DNA of 64,000 nt from an uncultured Chthonomonadaceae bacterium (GTDB lineage: Bacteria; Armatimonadota; Chthonomonadetes; Chthonomonadales; Chthonomonadaceae): the NCBI GenBank assembly GCA_963817895.1, contig CAWFQB010000005.1:672001-736000 (forward strand), given 5' to 3'. The position numbers were made by a program, and so were the translations under genes. This document shows, piece by piece, positions 42,632-53,186 of this stretch. The notes under the pieces were generated by a model that saw only the letters and a program-made list of their open reading frames with translations, was not told where the DNA came from and ran no database searches. Positions within the stretch are counted from its first letter, which is position 1. Each line of letters opens with the position of its first letter.

Positions 42632-43660
42632 TCAACCATCCACGCCCTGCAATTGTTCCGCCATGCTGTCGCACAAACGATTCCACTCCGCGATGATTTT
42701 GTCGTCGAACGGCTCGTCGTCGCTGTTTTCCACTTTGCCGCGCTCGTCCAGCCAGGCGACGGTTCGCTTCACGCCCTCTACCCAGGGAATCGTGTACCGG
42801 AAACCCAAATCCTGTATGGCCGCGCTGTTGTCGAAAATGCTGGGGTACTGGAAAATGTCAATGCTGATGCCGAAGTGTTTGCGGGCGATACGCGCCATCA
42901 GGTCCGTGGGAATGTGAACAAAGGTCGGTTTGGGCGCGTTCAGGGCTTCGGCTACGCCCTCATGGTAGCGGTTCCACGTCATCCACTCTTCGCCCGTGAC
43001 ATTGTAGGATTTGCCGAACGCTTTTGAATTGCCCGCTGCGCCGACAAAGCCGCGCGCCACGTCATCAATGTGGCAGGCCGCCCATAGACAACTGCCGTCG
43101 CCATGCACGATGATGGGCTTGCCTTTGCGGATGCGGTCCAGATAATACGAACGCCCACCGATGCTATGCACGATAGTTCCGCCCTCGCCATACGTTTGCG
43201 ACGGGCGCATGATGGTCACGGGAAACGCGCCGCTCGCGCCGGCGGCGTTGAGAATGTCCTCACATTTCACTTTGTTCGCGCCGTAACCGCCGGTCGGAAA
43301 GCGGGGTTCGTCTTCTTTGATGGGATAATGCGCGGCGGGACCGCCATATACGCAAACGGTGCTGCAAAAGATAAAGTGTTCGATACGCCCTTCAAACGCG
43401 CGAATCACGCTTTCGGCGTCTTCCGGCACAAAGCCCACCATGTCTATCACGCAGTCGAAATGCCCCGCGTCCGCCATCTGCTTCTCGAACTCGGCGTACT
43501 GCTTGCGGTCGCCGTTGAGAATGGTTGCGCCTTCGGGGATACGCGCCTCGGATTTGCCCCGGTTGTACAGCGTCACCTCGTCGCCGCGTTCCAGCAGTTG
43601 TTTGGTAATCGCCGTGCTGATCAGCCCCGTGCCGCCAATAATCAGAATCTTCAAGCGCAT
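42632..43660 (-). CDS. NAD-dependent epimerase/dehydratase
   Basis: IIGGTGLI, YGANK. Confidence 0.9.
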   Translation of the reverse strand: MRLKILIIGGTGLISTAITKQLLERGDEVTLYNRGKSEARIPEGATILNGDRKQYAEFEKQMADAGHFDCVIDMVGFVPEDAESVIRAFEGRIEHFIFCSTVCVYGGPAAHYPIKEDEPRFPTGGYGANKVKCEDILNAAGASGAFPVTIMRPSQTYGEGGTIVHSIGGRSYYLDRIRKGKPIIVHGDGSCLWAACHIDDVARGFVGAAGNSKAFGKSYNVTGEEWMTWNRYHEGVAEALNAPKPTFVHIPTDLMARIARKHFGISIDIFQYPSIFDNSAAIQDLGFRYTIPWVEGVKRTVAWLDERGKVENSDDEPFDDKIIAEWNRLCDSMAEQLQGVDG

Positions 43661-43766
43661 TCTCCTTTGTACCGTTCTTGTTGAGCGTTCCGCAGGAATA
43701 TTCAGAGAGAATGTCCTTGCGGAACGTTGCTGTTGAACCAGTATACGCGAATTGTTGTGGCGCGTT

Positions 43767-44297
43767 CTAAATCCGCAAGCCTTTTACCTGTCCTAACGCA
43801 TGTACCCATGCTGCCCGTCCGTTGACGACAAAACGCTCGTTTTGCCCGGACGCGGTTTTGATGAGCAGGCCGTTGGGAACAATGCCCGCCGTCGCGACCG
43901 TTTCCGCGCCCGCGATTTCATGCAGGGACAGAGACAGGTCATGCGTCTGAATGTTGATTTTGTGAGAGGTAAAATGCAGCCGCTGATTAGTTACGGTCAG
44001 CCAGCCGCCTACGCTTTCGCCCCGGATGATGTGATTGGCAGGTCCTTCTTTAACAATCTCCTCACCGGGCCGCAGGGGCAGTTTGCCCGCCATTTTGCGG
44101 CTCATCACGCCGCCGAAGACGCCGATAATCAGGCCGAACAACACTCCGGTAATAATCCCGGTCAGCAGCGCGGAAGCGAAGCCAGCCGTAAAAACGGAGA
44201 AAATCGCCATGAAGATGCCGAACACAATGCCGCTGTACACGCCCGCCTTGACGTGGTCTTTCAGCACCCTTTTACGCTGTTGCGGACTTTGCCCCAT
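43767..44297 (-). CDS. GRAM-domain membrane protein
   Basis: Two TMs; ANH...GG.L.VT..RL.F..H. Confidence 0.7.
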   Translation of the reverse strand: MGQSPQQRKRVLKDHVKAGVYSGIVFGIFMAIFSVFTAGFASALLTGIITGVLFGLIIGVFGGVMSRKMAGKLPLRPGEEIVKEGPANHIIRGESVGGWLTVTNQRLHFTSHKINIQTHDLSLSLHEIAGAETVATAGIVPNGLLIKTASGQNERFVVNGRAAWVHALGQVKGLRI

Positions 44298-44358
44298 TGT
44301 TTTTGTTCGCTCCTGCTCTGGTCGAGTTGATCGCCGCCGGTTCATGGCGCAGGGACAA

Positions 44359-44988
44359 TCACAAGGTTTGCGTAGCAAACTTGATGAAAATCCAGCGCGC
44401 GGAGGGATTGGGGTTGTCCTGAGTACCGCCCGCAAAGTAGAAAACCAACGCGCCATCCTGATTGGGATGGTTGCCGAACCCGGCGCCGGGTTTCTCGCCG
44501 TTGTTGTAGTGAATATCGTGAAGCCCGTTGCCCGTGCTGTAGGTAAAGCCGAACGCGGCGATGCGGTAAGCAGACCGGGCGTACTGCATCACGGTAGCGG
44601 CAAGGTTGGGGCCGGTGATAGTTTGAAAATCGGTCTGTTTCAGCCCCATGCTATGGTACGACAGCGTTTCGGTCGCAGCGAAACCGGTGGACGGAAAGGC
44701 TGCGCTGCCCAAATCCTCCTCCTTTTCCGCATATTGCGCATTGGAACCCTGATTGGAGTGCGTGTTGAACGCGCACTCATACACGCCTGCCAGCGCGCCA
44801 GACGGGACGCGGAGCAGTATGTAAACGTGGTTGTCGTCCGGTTTTGAACTGCCGCGCGGCGTGAGGCTGACGCTGTTGAAAACGCCTGTCAACATGCCGA
44901 AATGATTGGCAGGCAATTTGTGCTGCGCGCGGGACACGCGCTCGGCGGATGTGAGAAAATGGTGGTTGTCGCTGCTGTGGTCGGCCAT
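44359..44988 (-). CDS. DUF2278 (YukJ-like) protein
   Basis: GLHDIHYN.G, QDGALVF. Confidence 0.65.
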   Translation of the reverse strand: MADHSSDNHHFLTSAERVSRAQHKLPANHFGMLTGVFNSVSLTPRGSSKPDDNHVYILLRVPSGALAGVYECAFNTHSNQGSNAQYAEKEEDLGSAAFPSTGFAATETLSYHSMGLKQTDFQTITGPNLAATVMQYARSAYRIAAFGFTYSTGNGLHDIHYNNGEKPGAGFGNHPNQDGALVFYFAGGTQDNPNPSARWIFIKFATQTL

Positions 44989-45000
44989 GGGAGTCCTCCT

Positions 45001-45471
45001 TCAGTCGCCGCTTCGCAGGGCTTCAAGAAGCAAGCGGCGAACATGCGCGTTCGGGCGATAATGAACGAGAAACGGCGTCTGATCGTGGTTGTAAAACTGA
45101 CTGAGCGCGGCTGCCACGCCCGCCGAGCGCGACATGCCCGCTTCGCAATGTACGACAATTAAGTTTACGTCATTTTGCCGCTGTTCGCGCGCGAAGTCGG
45201 CAATCTGTCGCGCCATTTCCGGCGTGAATGGCGCGACATGCGTGATTGAGCGCAGCCGGGGCAGGTCGGAAGCGACATCTGAAAAGTGGAGGCGCAGCAC
45301 GGCCTTGCATTGCGCGGAGTCGGCAAGCGAGGCGGTCTTAACTTGAGGCTCGCCAATAGAGATGACGCCATAGGGTTCCATGTGCGTAACGGTACGCGCC
45401 AGACTGCGATCCAGCACCTGCAATTTGAGGGCTTCGCCTGCAAAAACATCCCGACAGATCGGTTCCAACAT
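45001..45471 (-). CDS. Protein tyrosine phosphatase-like
   Basis: VHCEAGMSRS (C-x5-R); PN.HV. Confidence 0.85.
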   Translation of the reverse strand: MLEPICRDVFAGEALKLQVLDRSLARTVTHMEPYGVISIGEPQVKTASLADSAQCKAVLRLHFSDVASDLPRLRSITHVAPFTPEMARQIADFAREQRQNDVNLIVVHCEAGMSRSAGVAAALSQFYNHDQTPFLVHYRPNAHVRRLLLEALRSGD

Positions 45472-45487
45472 TCAGCCCGCGCCTTTC

Positions 45488-45811
45488 TTATTCCTCTTCC
45501 GTCATATCCAGCGCAAACGTTTTCCCCGGTTGTTTCGGCTGCCATCCGCGCGCCAATGCCGTTTGTATGTACTCCTCAACATCTACCGGAACAATGGGGC
45601 GTTCCACAGGAATGTCCGGCCCGACATTCGGATGTTGTTGCGGCAATGTGATCGTCAGAACGCTGCCTTTTGCATCGGCATGTTCCACTGCCAGTCCCAT
45701 CGTGTTGGTCATGTAATCCGACTGGCTCTGAGTCGGTCGGCGGCGCATATACCAGCGATACGGTTCGCCGTTCACGACAATGTTTCTGGAACCCCGCTTT
45801 GGTATCGCCAT
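45488..45811 (-). CDS. Hypothetical protein
   Basis: 107-aa ORF with RBS AGGAG; ends AL..GW.P. Confidence 0.65.
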   Translation of the reverse strand: MAIPKRGSRNIVVNGEPYRWYMRRRPTQSQSDYMTNTMGLAVEHADAKGSVLTITLPQQHPNVGPDIPVERPIVPVDVEEYIQTALARGWQPKQPGKTFALDMTEEE

Positions 45812-45841
45812 GTTCTTACTCCTCTTCTAGTTTGCAGAATG

Positions 45842-45895
45842 TATTCCTGAAAACGCTGATATTCCTGTATAGGAATACGGTATAATACAGGAATA
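45842..45895 (+). promoter_or_regulatory. Promoter/operator with TATTCCT/AGGAATA inverted boxes
   Basis: tattcctgtat..atacaggaata around TATAAT (45881-45886); four boxes in total. Confidence 0.55.
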
Positions 45896-45944
45896 AGATT
45901 TTGACCATCCTGAACGCGCGAATCAGAAAGACAAACAGAAAATT

Positions 45945-47054
45945 ATGCAGGCGAGAAGCCCCTTGAGTGAGGCGGAGTTGATACAGCATTTGCTTGAAGA
46001 CGAGTTACAAGTGCCTCCTGTGAAATTGCGTCTAGTGCCTGAACCACTTCAACTCCCTTCTGGAGTAAAGCCAGATGGCGTATTGGAAGTGAGTTGGCAG
46101 GAGCGAATACATCGTTTTGTCTTTGAATACAAACCTTTGAACACCCCGAAGGCAATTGATACAGCCATCGCGCAGGTAAGTCGGTTTGCCACGCAATCAA
46201 AATTCCTTCCAATGATTATTGTACCCTTCCTGTCGGAAGAACAACTTCACAAGCTTGAACAGGAGAAAATAAGCGCGGTTGATCTCTGCGGCAATGGGGT
46301 CATCCTTGCGCCGGGAATGGCAATATGGCGTTCAGGCCAACCCAATCTTTTCAAAAGCGCTCAAACTATCAAAAACATATACGGTGGCAACAGTTCTATT
46401 TTCGCCCGCTGTTTTCTGTTGCAGTCGGAATTTGCCTCTATTTCCGAACTGCGCGATTTCGCCTGGAAACGTTCCTATACCGCTTGGGGGAAAGAGCCTG
46501 ATAAAGCAACGCTGACACAAGGCACAGCTTCTAAAGTGGTACAGGCGCTTGAGCAAGAACTGATTGTTTCGCGCCGCGCGGGTAAGTTGACGCTGATTGA
46601 TCCGCAAACGCTTCTGGAAAGATTGCGCGTAAAGCATCGCCGACCGGAAGGCGCGTTGATGAAGGGAAAGACCCTGCTCTCAAGACAGGAAATCTGGCAA
46701 AGACTTCAAGACGCAGACCAGAATAGCGCAATGCGCTATGTTGTAACCGGGGCCGGGGCCGCGAACCACTATGGCCTTCTTTCTGGCATAGAACCCCTGT
46801 CATTGTATGTAACTTCGCTCAGTACCGCTTCCAATTGGCTTGAAGTAAAATCCACGCATGTCTTTCCCAACGTTGAGTTAATAGAAGACAAGGGCAATGT
46901 GGTCTACTTCGATGCGCGAAAATCAAATAAAGAAATTTGGGCTTCACCAATACAAACCTGGCTTGAACTTGTCTCCGGCAATGCGCGCGAACAAGAGGCA
47001 GCCAAAACGCTGGAGGATCAACTGCTCCAAGAGAGTATGGAGAAAACTTTTTGA
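45945..47054 (+). CDS. AbiEi-like type IV antitoxin/regulator
   Basis: wHTH-like middle; C-terminal ASPIQTWLEL...REQEAA; coupled to a nucleotidyltransferase gene. Confidence 0.65.
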   Translation: MQARSPLSEAELIQHLLEDELQVPPVKLRLVPEPLQLPSGVKPDGVLEVSWQERIHRFVFEYKPLNTPKAIDTAIAQVSRFATQSKFLPMIIVPFLSEEQLHKLEQEKISAVDLCGNGVILAPGMAIWRSGQPNLFKSAQTIKNIYGGNSSIFARCFLLQSEFASISELRDFAWKRSYTAWGKEPDKATLTQGTASKVVQALEQELIVSRRAGKLTLIDPQTLLERLRVKHRRPEGALMKGKTLLSRQEIWQRLQDADQNSAMRYVVTGAGAANHYGLLSGIEPLSLYVTSLSTASNWLEVKSTHVFPNVELIEDKGNVVYFDARKSNKEIWASPIQTWLELVSGNAREQEAAKTLEDQLLQESMEKTF

Positions 47055-47917
47055 ACAATTCACTGGTCGAAGACGCGCTACTGCCGCACCTGTTGGATAT
47101 TGTCTCTGATCCAGCGGCAGAAGGATTGATATTGGCAGGCGGATTAGGCATTCAGTTGAAGCGCCAATACCTGCGCGACACGGAAGCAAGAACGCTCATC
47201 ACTGTTGGAGAACTGCCTGCTGTGCGCCCGACACAGGATATTGACCTTTTTCTGCTGATTGAACTGTTTTTGAAGAAGGAACGTGGCGCAACATTCAGAA
47301 ATCTACTAAACGGTCTGGACTATAAGCCAAACAAACCGAATTGGAAATTTGGAAAGCCACTGGGTTCCGCATTTCCTGCCCATGTAGAAGTGATACTTGA
47401 CTTGATGGCGCGTTCGCCACAAGAAGATGAAAATGTAAAATACGACGATATGCGTGTTGGCAAGAAGTCGGGAACTGATTTACATGGGCGTAACACGCCC
47501 GAGGCTTTTGCAGTTGAAGACGTGCCGCTCAAAATTGATGTTTCAGGAACGCGAACAGATGGTATGGAAATTGATGCTGAAGTTCTGGTACCGCATTCTT
47601 ACGCCTGGCTGAACATGAAGGTAAAAACGGCGCATGATTGGCTAACCCAAGCTTCGGCAAATCCCAGTGAAAAACATACCTTTGATGTATACATGCTGAC
47701 GGCGATGCTCACGTAAGCCGAAATCGAAACAGCATCCGAACTGGCGTTAAAATATGCCAGTCACCCGATTGCAGCAGACAACAAAAAGTTTGCGGTTGAA
47801 CTGTATGACTTACCTGACTCAGCAGGCTGTAGAGAAGCCGGGCGACAAGCCGGGAAACCACTTGAATATGACGTATTTTGGGAAGCGCTCCGCCAAGTTT
47901 TGGGCATCAATCTTTAA
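47051..47917 (+). pseudogene. AbiEii-like nucleotidyltransferase toxin with internal TAA at 47714-47716
   Basis: LAGGLG, RPTQDIDL, K...D.Y; the frame stays open after the stop to 47917. Confidence 0.65.
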
Positions 47918-47995
47918 CTTTGCGTAATGGCGCGCGCCAACTTCGCAAACACTCTATCTTATTTTTGAAGCATTTTGCTCAGGAGGGGCTTTGCC

Positions 47996-48460
47996 ATGTT
48001 CAACTCGAAACACTTTCCCACGCAATCCGTTTGCCTGCGCGTTTTACTGCTGCTGCTTGTCGGCGCGCCGCTCGGCGGATGCGGCAGCGGCGACTATAAC
48101 CCCGACTACACGGGAAATGGCATGCAGGGCATACGCGGCACGGCCTACGTCAAAAATGTGGATGGCTCTATGATGCCGTATGCCGATGGCAGCATCGTGG
48201 CAACCGCGAACTACTGCATTCGTATCAGAGATGGCGTCGTTGAAGGCCCCGCCTGTGGCGATCATATCGTGGCAAGCGCAATAACCGATGCGGCAGGGCA
48301 TTACACGCTTTCCCTGATTCCGGGTATGTACATCCTGTCCTTCGCGCCCCACGACGACTTCAACAACCCTTTTCTGGTGACGCTTCCCGGCACGGTCGTA
48401 AAGTCGCGCGCGTTTACCACAGTGGATCCCCTGCATGATCTCTCCAAACCCGCGCAGTGA
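47996..48460 (+). CDS. Lipoprotein with carboxypeptidase-regulatory-like domain
   Basis: LGGC lipobox; TDAAGHY...L.PG.Y. Confidence 0.65.
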   Translation: MFNSKHFPTQSVCLRVLLLLLVGAPLGGCGSGDYNPDYTGNGMQGIRGTAYVKNVDGSMMPYADGSIVATANYCIRIRDGVVEGPACGDHIVASAITDAAGHYTLSLIPGMYILSFAPHDDFNNPFLVTLPGTVVKSRAFTTVDPLHDLSKPAQ

Positions 48461-48604
48461 CGCGCTTATTACGACGGCGCGGCAGCCGCGAAGTTTCTTT
48501 CCCCCTCTTTCGGACAGTCTTGCGAATAAAGCAGGAGATTGATACGTTGTACAGAATACAGGAAGTATGACACTGCGGGGAAGCGGAAAGGGAGCGACTA
48601 TCGA

Positions 48605-50299
48605 ATGGCGATGCCGGTTATCTGGACGATTGATGATGATGCGGATGTGCTGCAGGCCGTGCGCAATGATTTGCGGCAGTACGTTCATGGGATGGCGAAA
48701 GCGGCGGGAACCACGCCGCAATACCGGATTATGGCCGCGTCTTCCGGGCCGAGCGCGCTGGAAGCCCTGAAGGAGCTGAAAGCGCGAAATGAACCCGTCG
48801 CGCTGTTTCTGGTGGATCAGCGCATGCCGGAAATGACGGGCGTGGAGTTTCTGGAACAGGCCCGCCACCTGTACCCGGACGCCAAACGCGCCCTGCTCAC
48901 GGCCTATTCCGACTCGGACGCGGCCATACGCGCGATCAATTCCGTGCGCGTGGACTACTATCTGGTGAAGCCGTGGAGTCCCGCGCAGCAGAATCTCTAT
49001 CCCGTTCTGGATCGGCTCTTAGCGGCATGGCAGCAGGATTACCGTCCCGATTTCGACGGTATTCGCGTTATCGGGCATCGGTGGTCGCCCCTGACGCACG
49101 ATGTTAAGGATTTCCTCGCCCGCAATCGCAGCCCGTATCTGTGGATGGACGTGGAAACCGAAAAAGATGTTTGCGCGCGTCTCACAGCGCTTGATCTGGG
49201 CGATGAAGACTTGCCGGTCGTGCTGTTTCCCGACGGGTCGCATCTTGCGAAACCATCCATCCTCGAACTTGCCGATAAACTGGGACTGAAGACGCAGGCG
49301 CAGGCCGAATTCTACGATTTGATTATCATTGGCGGCGGACCGGCGGGATTGGCGGCGGGCGTGTACGGCGCGTCCGAAGGTTTGAAAACGCTGATGGTCG
49401 AGCGGGAAGCGCCGGGCGGGCAGGCGGGAACCAGTTCGCTGATCGAAAACTATCTTGGTTTTCCCGAAGGGGTGACCGGGCAGGAACTCGCGCATCTGGC
49501 TGTAAGGCAGGCGGAAAAATTCAACGTGGAAATCCTCGCGCCGCAAGAAGTTGTCGGCATTCGCGTTGAAGACCCGTATCGTTATGTGAAGCTGAAAGAC
49601 GGCAGCGAAGTGGGCGCATACGCTATTGTAATCGCGACGGGCGTGACGTGGCGGCGCTTGAACGTGCCGGGACTGGAAGAACTGACGGGCGCGGGCGTGT
49701 ACTACGGCGCGGCGATGACTGAAGCGATGGCGTGCCGGGATGAGCGTGTGTTCATTGTGGGCGGCGCGAACTCCGCCGGACAGGGCGCGATGTACTTTTC
49801 CCGTTATGCCAGTCATGTCACCATGCTGATAAGGGGCGACAGCCTTGCTCGCACGATGTCGCAGTATCTCATCGAACAGATCGAGAAAACGCCGAACATC
49901 GAGGTGCGGACGTGCGCTCAGGTGGTGAAAGCGCGCGGCGAAAACCGACTGGAAGCGATAGACATTCTGGACGCGAATGGCGACAAGGTAGAAACCGTTC
50001 CCGCCACATCCCTGTTTATCTTCATCGGCGCGGAACCCTGCACGGAATGGCTGGACGGCATTGTAGCCCGCGACGATCACGGTTTTATTCTGACCGGCCC
50101 GGACCTGATGCGCGACGGCAAATACCCCGCGAACTGGAAACGCGACCGCGACCCGCTGCTGCTGGAAACGGACGTTCCCGGCATTTTCGCGGCGGGGGAC
50201 GTGCGGCACGGTTCCGTAAAACGCTGCGCGGCAGGCGTAGGCGCAGGTTCTATTTCGGTGCAATTCGTGCATCAGTATCTGGCGGAAGTTAGAGGATAG
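48605..50299 (+). CDS. Response-regulator receiver / thioredoxin reductase fusion
   Basis: IDDD..DQRMP..KPW receiver; GGGPAG, GGANSAGQ, FAAGDVR. Confidence 0.9.
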   Translation: MAMPVIWTIDDDADVLQAVRNDLRQYVHGMAKAAGTTPQYRIMAASSGPSALEALKELKARNEPVALFLVDQRMPEMTGVEFLEQARHLYPDAKRALLTAYSDSDAAIRAINSVRVDYYLVKPWSPAQQNLYPVLDRLLAAWQQDYRPDFDGIRVIGHRWSPLTHDVKDFLARNRSPYLWMDVETEKDVCARLTALDLGDEDLPVVLFPDGSHLAKPSILELADKLGLKTQAQAEFYDLIIIGGGPAGLAAGVYGASEGLKTLMVEREAPGGQAGTSSLIENYLGFPEGVTGQELAHLAVRQAEKFNVEILAPQEVVGIRVEDPYRYVKLKDGSEVGAYAIVIATGVTWRRLNVPGLEELTGAGVYYGAAMTEAMACRDERVFIVGGANSAGQGAMYFSRYASHVTMLIRGDSLARTMSQYLIEQIEKTPNIEVRTCAQVVKARGENRLEAIDILDANGDKVETVPATSLFIFIGAEPCTEWLDGIVARDDHGFILTGPDLMRDGKYPANWKRDRDPLLLETDVPGIFAAGDVRHGSVKRCAAGVGAGSISVQFVHQYLAEVRG

Positions 50300-50378
50300 G
50301 TGTTCAGGTACTCATAGACAAATCACTTAAACATGGTACATTTGCCTCATACCGGCATATAAAATGCCGGTTATAAGG

Positions 50379-51286
50379 CCTTCGGCCAACTGTCCTGCGG
50401 ACGAAGGATTGTTTTATGTTTAATGATTTGTCCATAAGTGCTTCTTACGCTTGAACCCTAACGGCTTCACTCATGGTCATTGAAATCGGGAAATTAGTAA
50501 AAGAGAATCAGAGGATGTACATGCCCATCACTAAAACTGAGGAACTTGATAAGCAATTGCGCGAACTCTACGCCGTTCATTCGTCTGATACACTTCACAT
50601 CAAGCCCATCCTTGATGAGCAGGAAGCCGAAGATTTCCTTGCTGGTTTTACAGCGGAACTTTTTACGGTAGACGATCTTGGCTATGCGCAAAGCGCTCAT
50701 TTGGATGAGGTTCGACCAAAAAAGGACCGTCAACAAATATTTCAATTGTTCTGGCATGGTCCTAAGCTAGAAAATCCATCTCCAGAGGCTCGTCGTAAAC
50801 GTTATCTCTTTCGAGAAGGCGTATGCCAATTGGCTGCTGTTTCGGCTCTGGTCTTACGTTACGGATGGCCGCGTGAGCAAGTCTATCTTGATCCGGGTAA
50901 GACGTTAAGCGGGAATCTTCAATATGCGGTGGATTTGGTTGTGACCAGTGGCGCAACGGGGCAAACAGTCATTTGCGGCGAAGTAAAGCGAAGTACGGCT
51001 GATCTTCAGGCTCTTATTCGTCAATTCTCTGATTGTTGTCAGCGAGGAGCGCATGGTAAGAACGAATGTAACAACAGTCAGCACCGTAAATTTGAAGCCT
51101 GCTGGCAATCGCGTCCCCAATATTTTCTGGGCTGTTTGTCCGGGAAGCAGGCGAACCTTCAGCCTCTCCTTTGAGGAAGATCGTCTCGTGCCGAAGGAAG
51201 TGGAGGATATTCCCTGTTGGGAATCCTGATGGAGAAAGCAGTGGACTGAGAGGCAATCCTCCGTCCGCAGGACGGTTGGCCGAAGG
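50379..51286. mobile_element. AT-richer cassette bounded by 33-bp inverted repeats
   Basis: 50379-50411 and 51254-51286 are reverse complements with 2 mismatches. Confidence 0.6.
50515..51229 (+). CDS. PD-(D/E)xK nuclease-like protein (HsdR N-terminal-like); probable frameshift near 51125
   Basis: L.L.YGWP..Q, VDLVV..ICGEVKR; alternative-frame C-terminus ..VEDIPCWES. Confidence 0.55.
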
Positions 51287-51405
51287 TCTCTCCAACCGAC
51301 AAAAGAGATTTAGATGGTATACGTCGGTTAAGCGCGATTGTACAATTTCAATATGATTTACCTGTTAGACTGTATCTCTCGCTGTGATTTGTCAGGGAGT
51401 ATCTT

Positions 51406-52809
51406 ATGCCGACGCGCGATGAAGTGTTGTATCCAAAACTGAATGATGAGCAGATCGGGTTTCTGTCACAAAAGGGGCGGGAAGTCTGCTATAAATCGGG
51501 CGAGATGATTTTTGAAGAGGGGCAACCTGTCAGCAGCCTGCATATCGTGTTGGCAGGGCAGATACGAGTGACGCGGCGGGATGGCGTTGCCAACCATCTG
51601 ATTACCGTGCATGGGCCGGGAGAGTTTACCGGGGAATTTTCGCTGCTGACGGGCGGAACCAATGTGGCGACGGGGCGCGCGATGGGTGAGTGCCGCGTGC
51701 TGGAAATCGGGGCGGAGACGTTTCGAGGCATGTTGGGCAAATGTTCGCCCCTGACGAATACGGTCGTGCAGGCGCTGGCAACGCGCCGACAGGACGTGGA
51801 CGCTTTGCAGCAGCAGCGCGAAAAGCTGGCGTCACTGGGATTGATGGCGGCGGGACTGGCGCACGAACTGAACAATCCGGCGGGCGCGGCCCTGAGTGCG
51901 GTTCAAACTCTGCGCGATACGTTTCACACGCAGCAGACTTTGACTCTGCAACTTCACCGCTCTGCCAAACTGCCGCCCGACCAGCACGCCTTTTTGATTG
52001 ATTTCGCCTGCGAAGCGACCGACAAGAACCTCAAGGCCGAGCCGCTTGATCCGATTACGCAGAGCGACCGGGAAGAAGAACTAATCGCATGGCTGGACGA
52101 GTATGACGTTGCCGACAGCTACGAACTCGCGCCGACGTTTGTGGCGAACGGACTGGACAAAACCGCGCTGCAAAAAGTTGTGGATACGGTAGAGTGTGAA
52201 TTGCTGTGCGATGTGTTCGCGTGGCTGGAATCCCTCCTGAAAATGCGCGGCCTGATGGATCAGATTGAAAGCAGCACGAGTTGGGTATCCAAACTCGTGG
52301 CATCGGTGAAAAAGTACACGTACATGGATCAGGCTCCCATACAGGAGATTGACGTTCACGAGGGGTTGGACGACACCTTGACTATGCTCGGCTACAAACT
52401 GAAAAAGGCGAGTATCAAGCTGGAACGGGAGTACGCGCCCGACCTGCCCCGCATTTGCGCGTATGGCAGCGAACTGAATCAAGCGTGGACAAACCTGATT
52501 ATCAACGCCATTGACGCGCTCGAAACCGTTGATGCCAAACGCGCCCTGCGCATCCGCACCAAACCCTCGGACGACAGCGTGATTGTGGAGATCGAAGACA
52601 ACGGGCCGGGGATTCCTATCGCCATTCAAGACCGCGTGTTCGACCCATTTTTCACGACCAAAGACGTGGGTAAAGGCACAGGCATGGGGCTGGACATCAC
52701 CAACCGCATCATCACCAAGCGCCATCACGGCGACCTGCAACTCCTGTCCGAACCGGGCAGCACCTGTTTTCGCATCCGATTGCCGATAAAACCGGTGGAG
52801 AGTGAATAA
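51406..52809 (+). CDS. cNMP-binding-domain sensor histidine kinase
   Basis: GEFTGE; AHELNNP; N.I.NA.DA, DNGPGI, FFTTK..G.GTGMGL. Confidence 0.9.
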   Translation: MPTRDEVLYPKLNDEQIGFLSQKGREVCYKSGEMIFEEGQPVSSLHIVLAGQIRVTRRDGVANHLITVHGPGEFTGEFSLLTGGTNVATGRAMGECRVLEIGAETFRGMLGKCSPLTNTVVQALATRRQDVDALQQQREKLASLGLMAAGLAHELNNPAGAALSAVQTLRDTFHTQQTLTLQLHRSAKLPPDQHAFLIDFACEATDKNLKAEPLDPITQSDREEELIAWLDEYDVADSYELAPTFVANGLDKTALQKVVDTVECELLCDVFAWLESLLKMRGLMDQIESSTSWVSKLVASVKKYTYMDQAPIQEIDVHEGLDDTLTMLGYKLKKASIKLEREYAPDLPRICAYGSELNQAWTNLIINAIDALETVDAKRALRIRTKPSDDSVIVEIEDNGPGIPIAIQDRVFDPFFTTKDVGKGTGMGLDITNRIITKRHHGDLQLLSEPGSTCFRIRLPIKPVESE

Positions 52810-52858
52810 GAAGTGAGAGTGAGAGAACATGGTTTTACTCTCACTCAAAGGAACTGCT

Positions 52859-53122
52859 ATGACCGAAACATGTACCCATCTTGACCATATCCACGATGTA
52901 ACGCCGAGCGCGAAGGGCTGCGAGGAGTGTTTGAAAATGGGCGATTCGTGGGTACATCTGCGGATGTGCAAAGAGTGTGGACACGTCGGCTGCTGCGACT
53001 CCTCCAAAAACAAACACGCCACCAAACATTTCCATGCCACGAACCACCCCGTGATGCAGTCGTTTCAACCCGGCGAAGACTGGTACTGGTGTTACGTAGA
53101 TGAACTCACGTTTGAACTGTAA
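52859..53122 (+). CDS. UBP-type zinc finger protein
   Basis: CTHL, CEEC..W.HLR.C..CGHVGCCDSS..HA..H. Confidence 0.9.
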   Translation: MTETCTHLDHIHDVTPSAKGCEECLKMGDSWVHLRMCKECGHVGCCDSSKNKHATKHFHATNHPVMQSFQPGEDWYWCYVDELTFEL

Positions 53123-53186
53123 GTTTGTTTACCTCACCCCCGGCCCCTCTCCTTGCCGCGCAACGCGCTAAGAGAGGGGAGGCGCT

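Noticed and set aside
47714..47716. Recoded stop (Sec/Pyl)
   Set aside because: The codon is TAA, not TGA or TAG.
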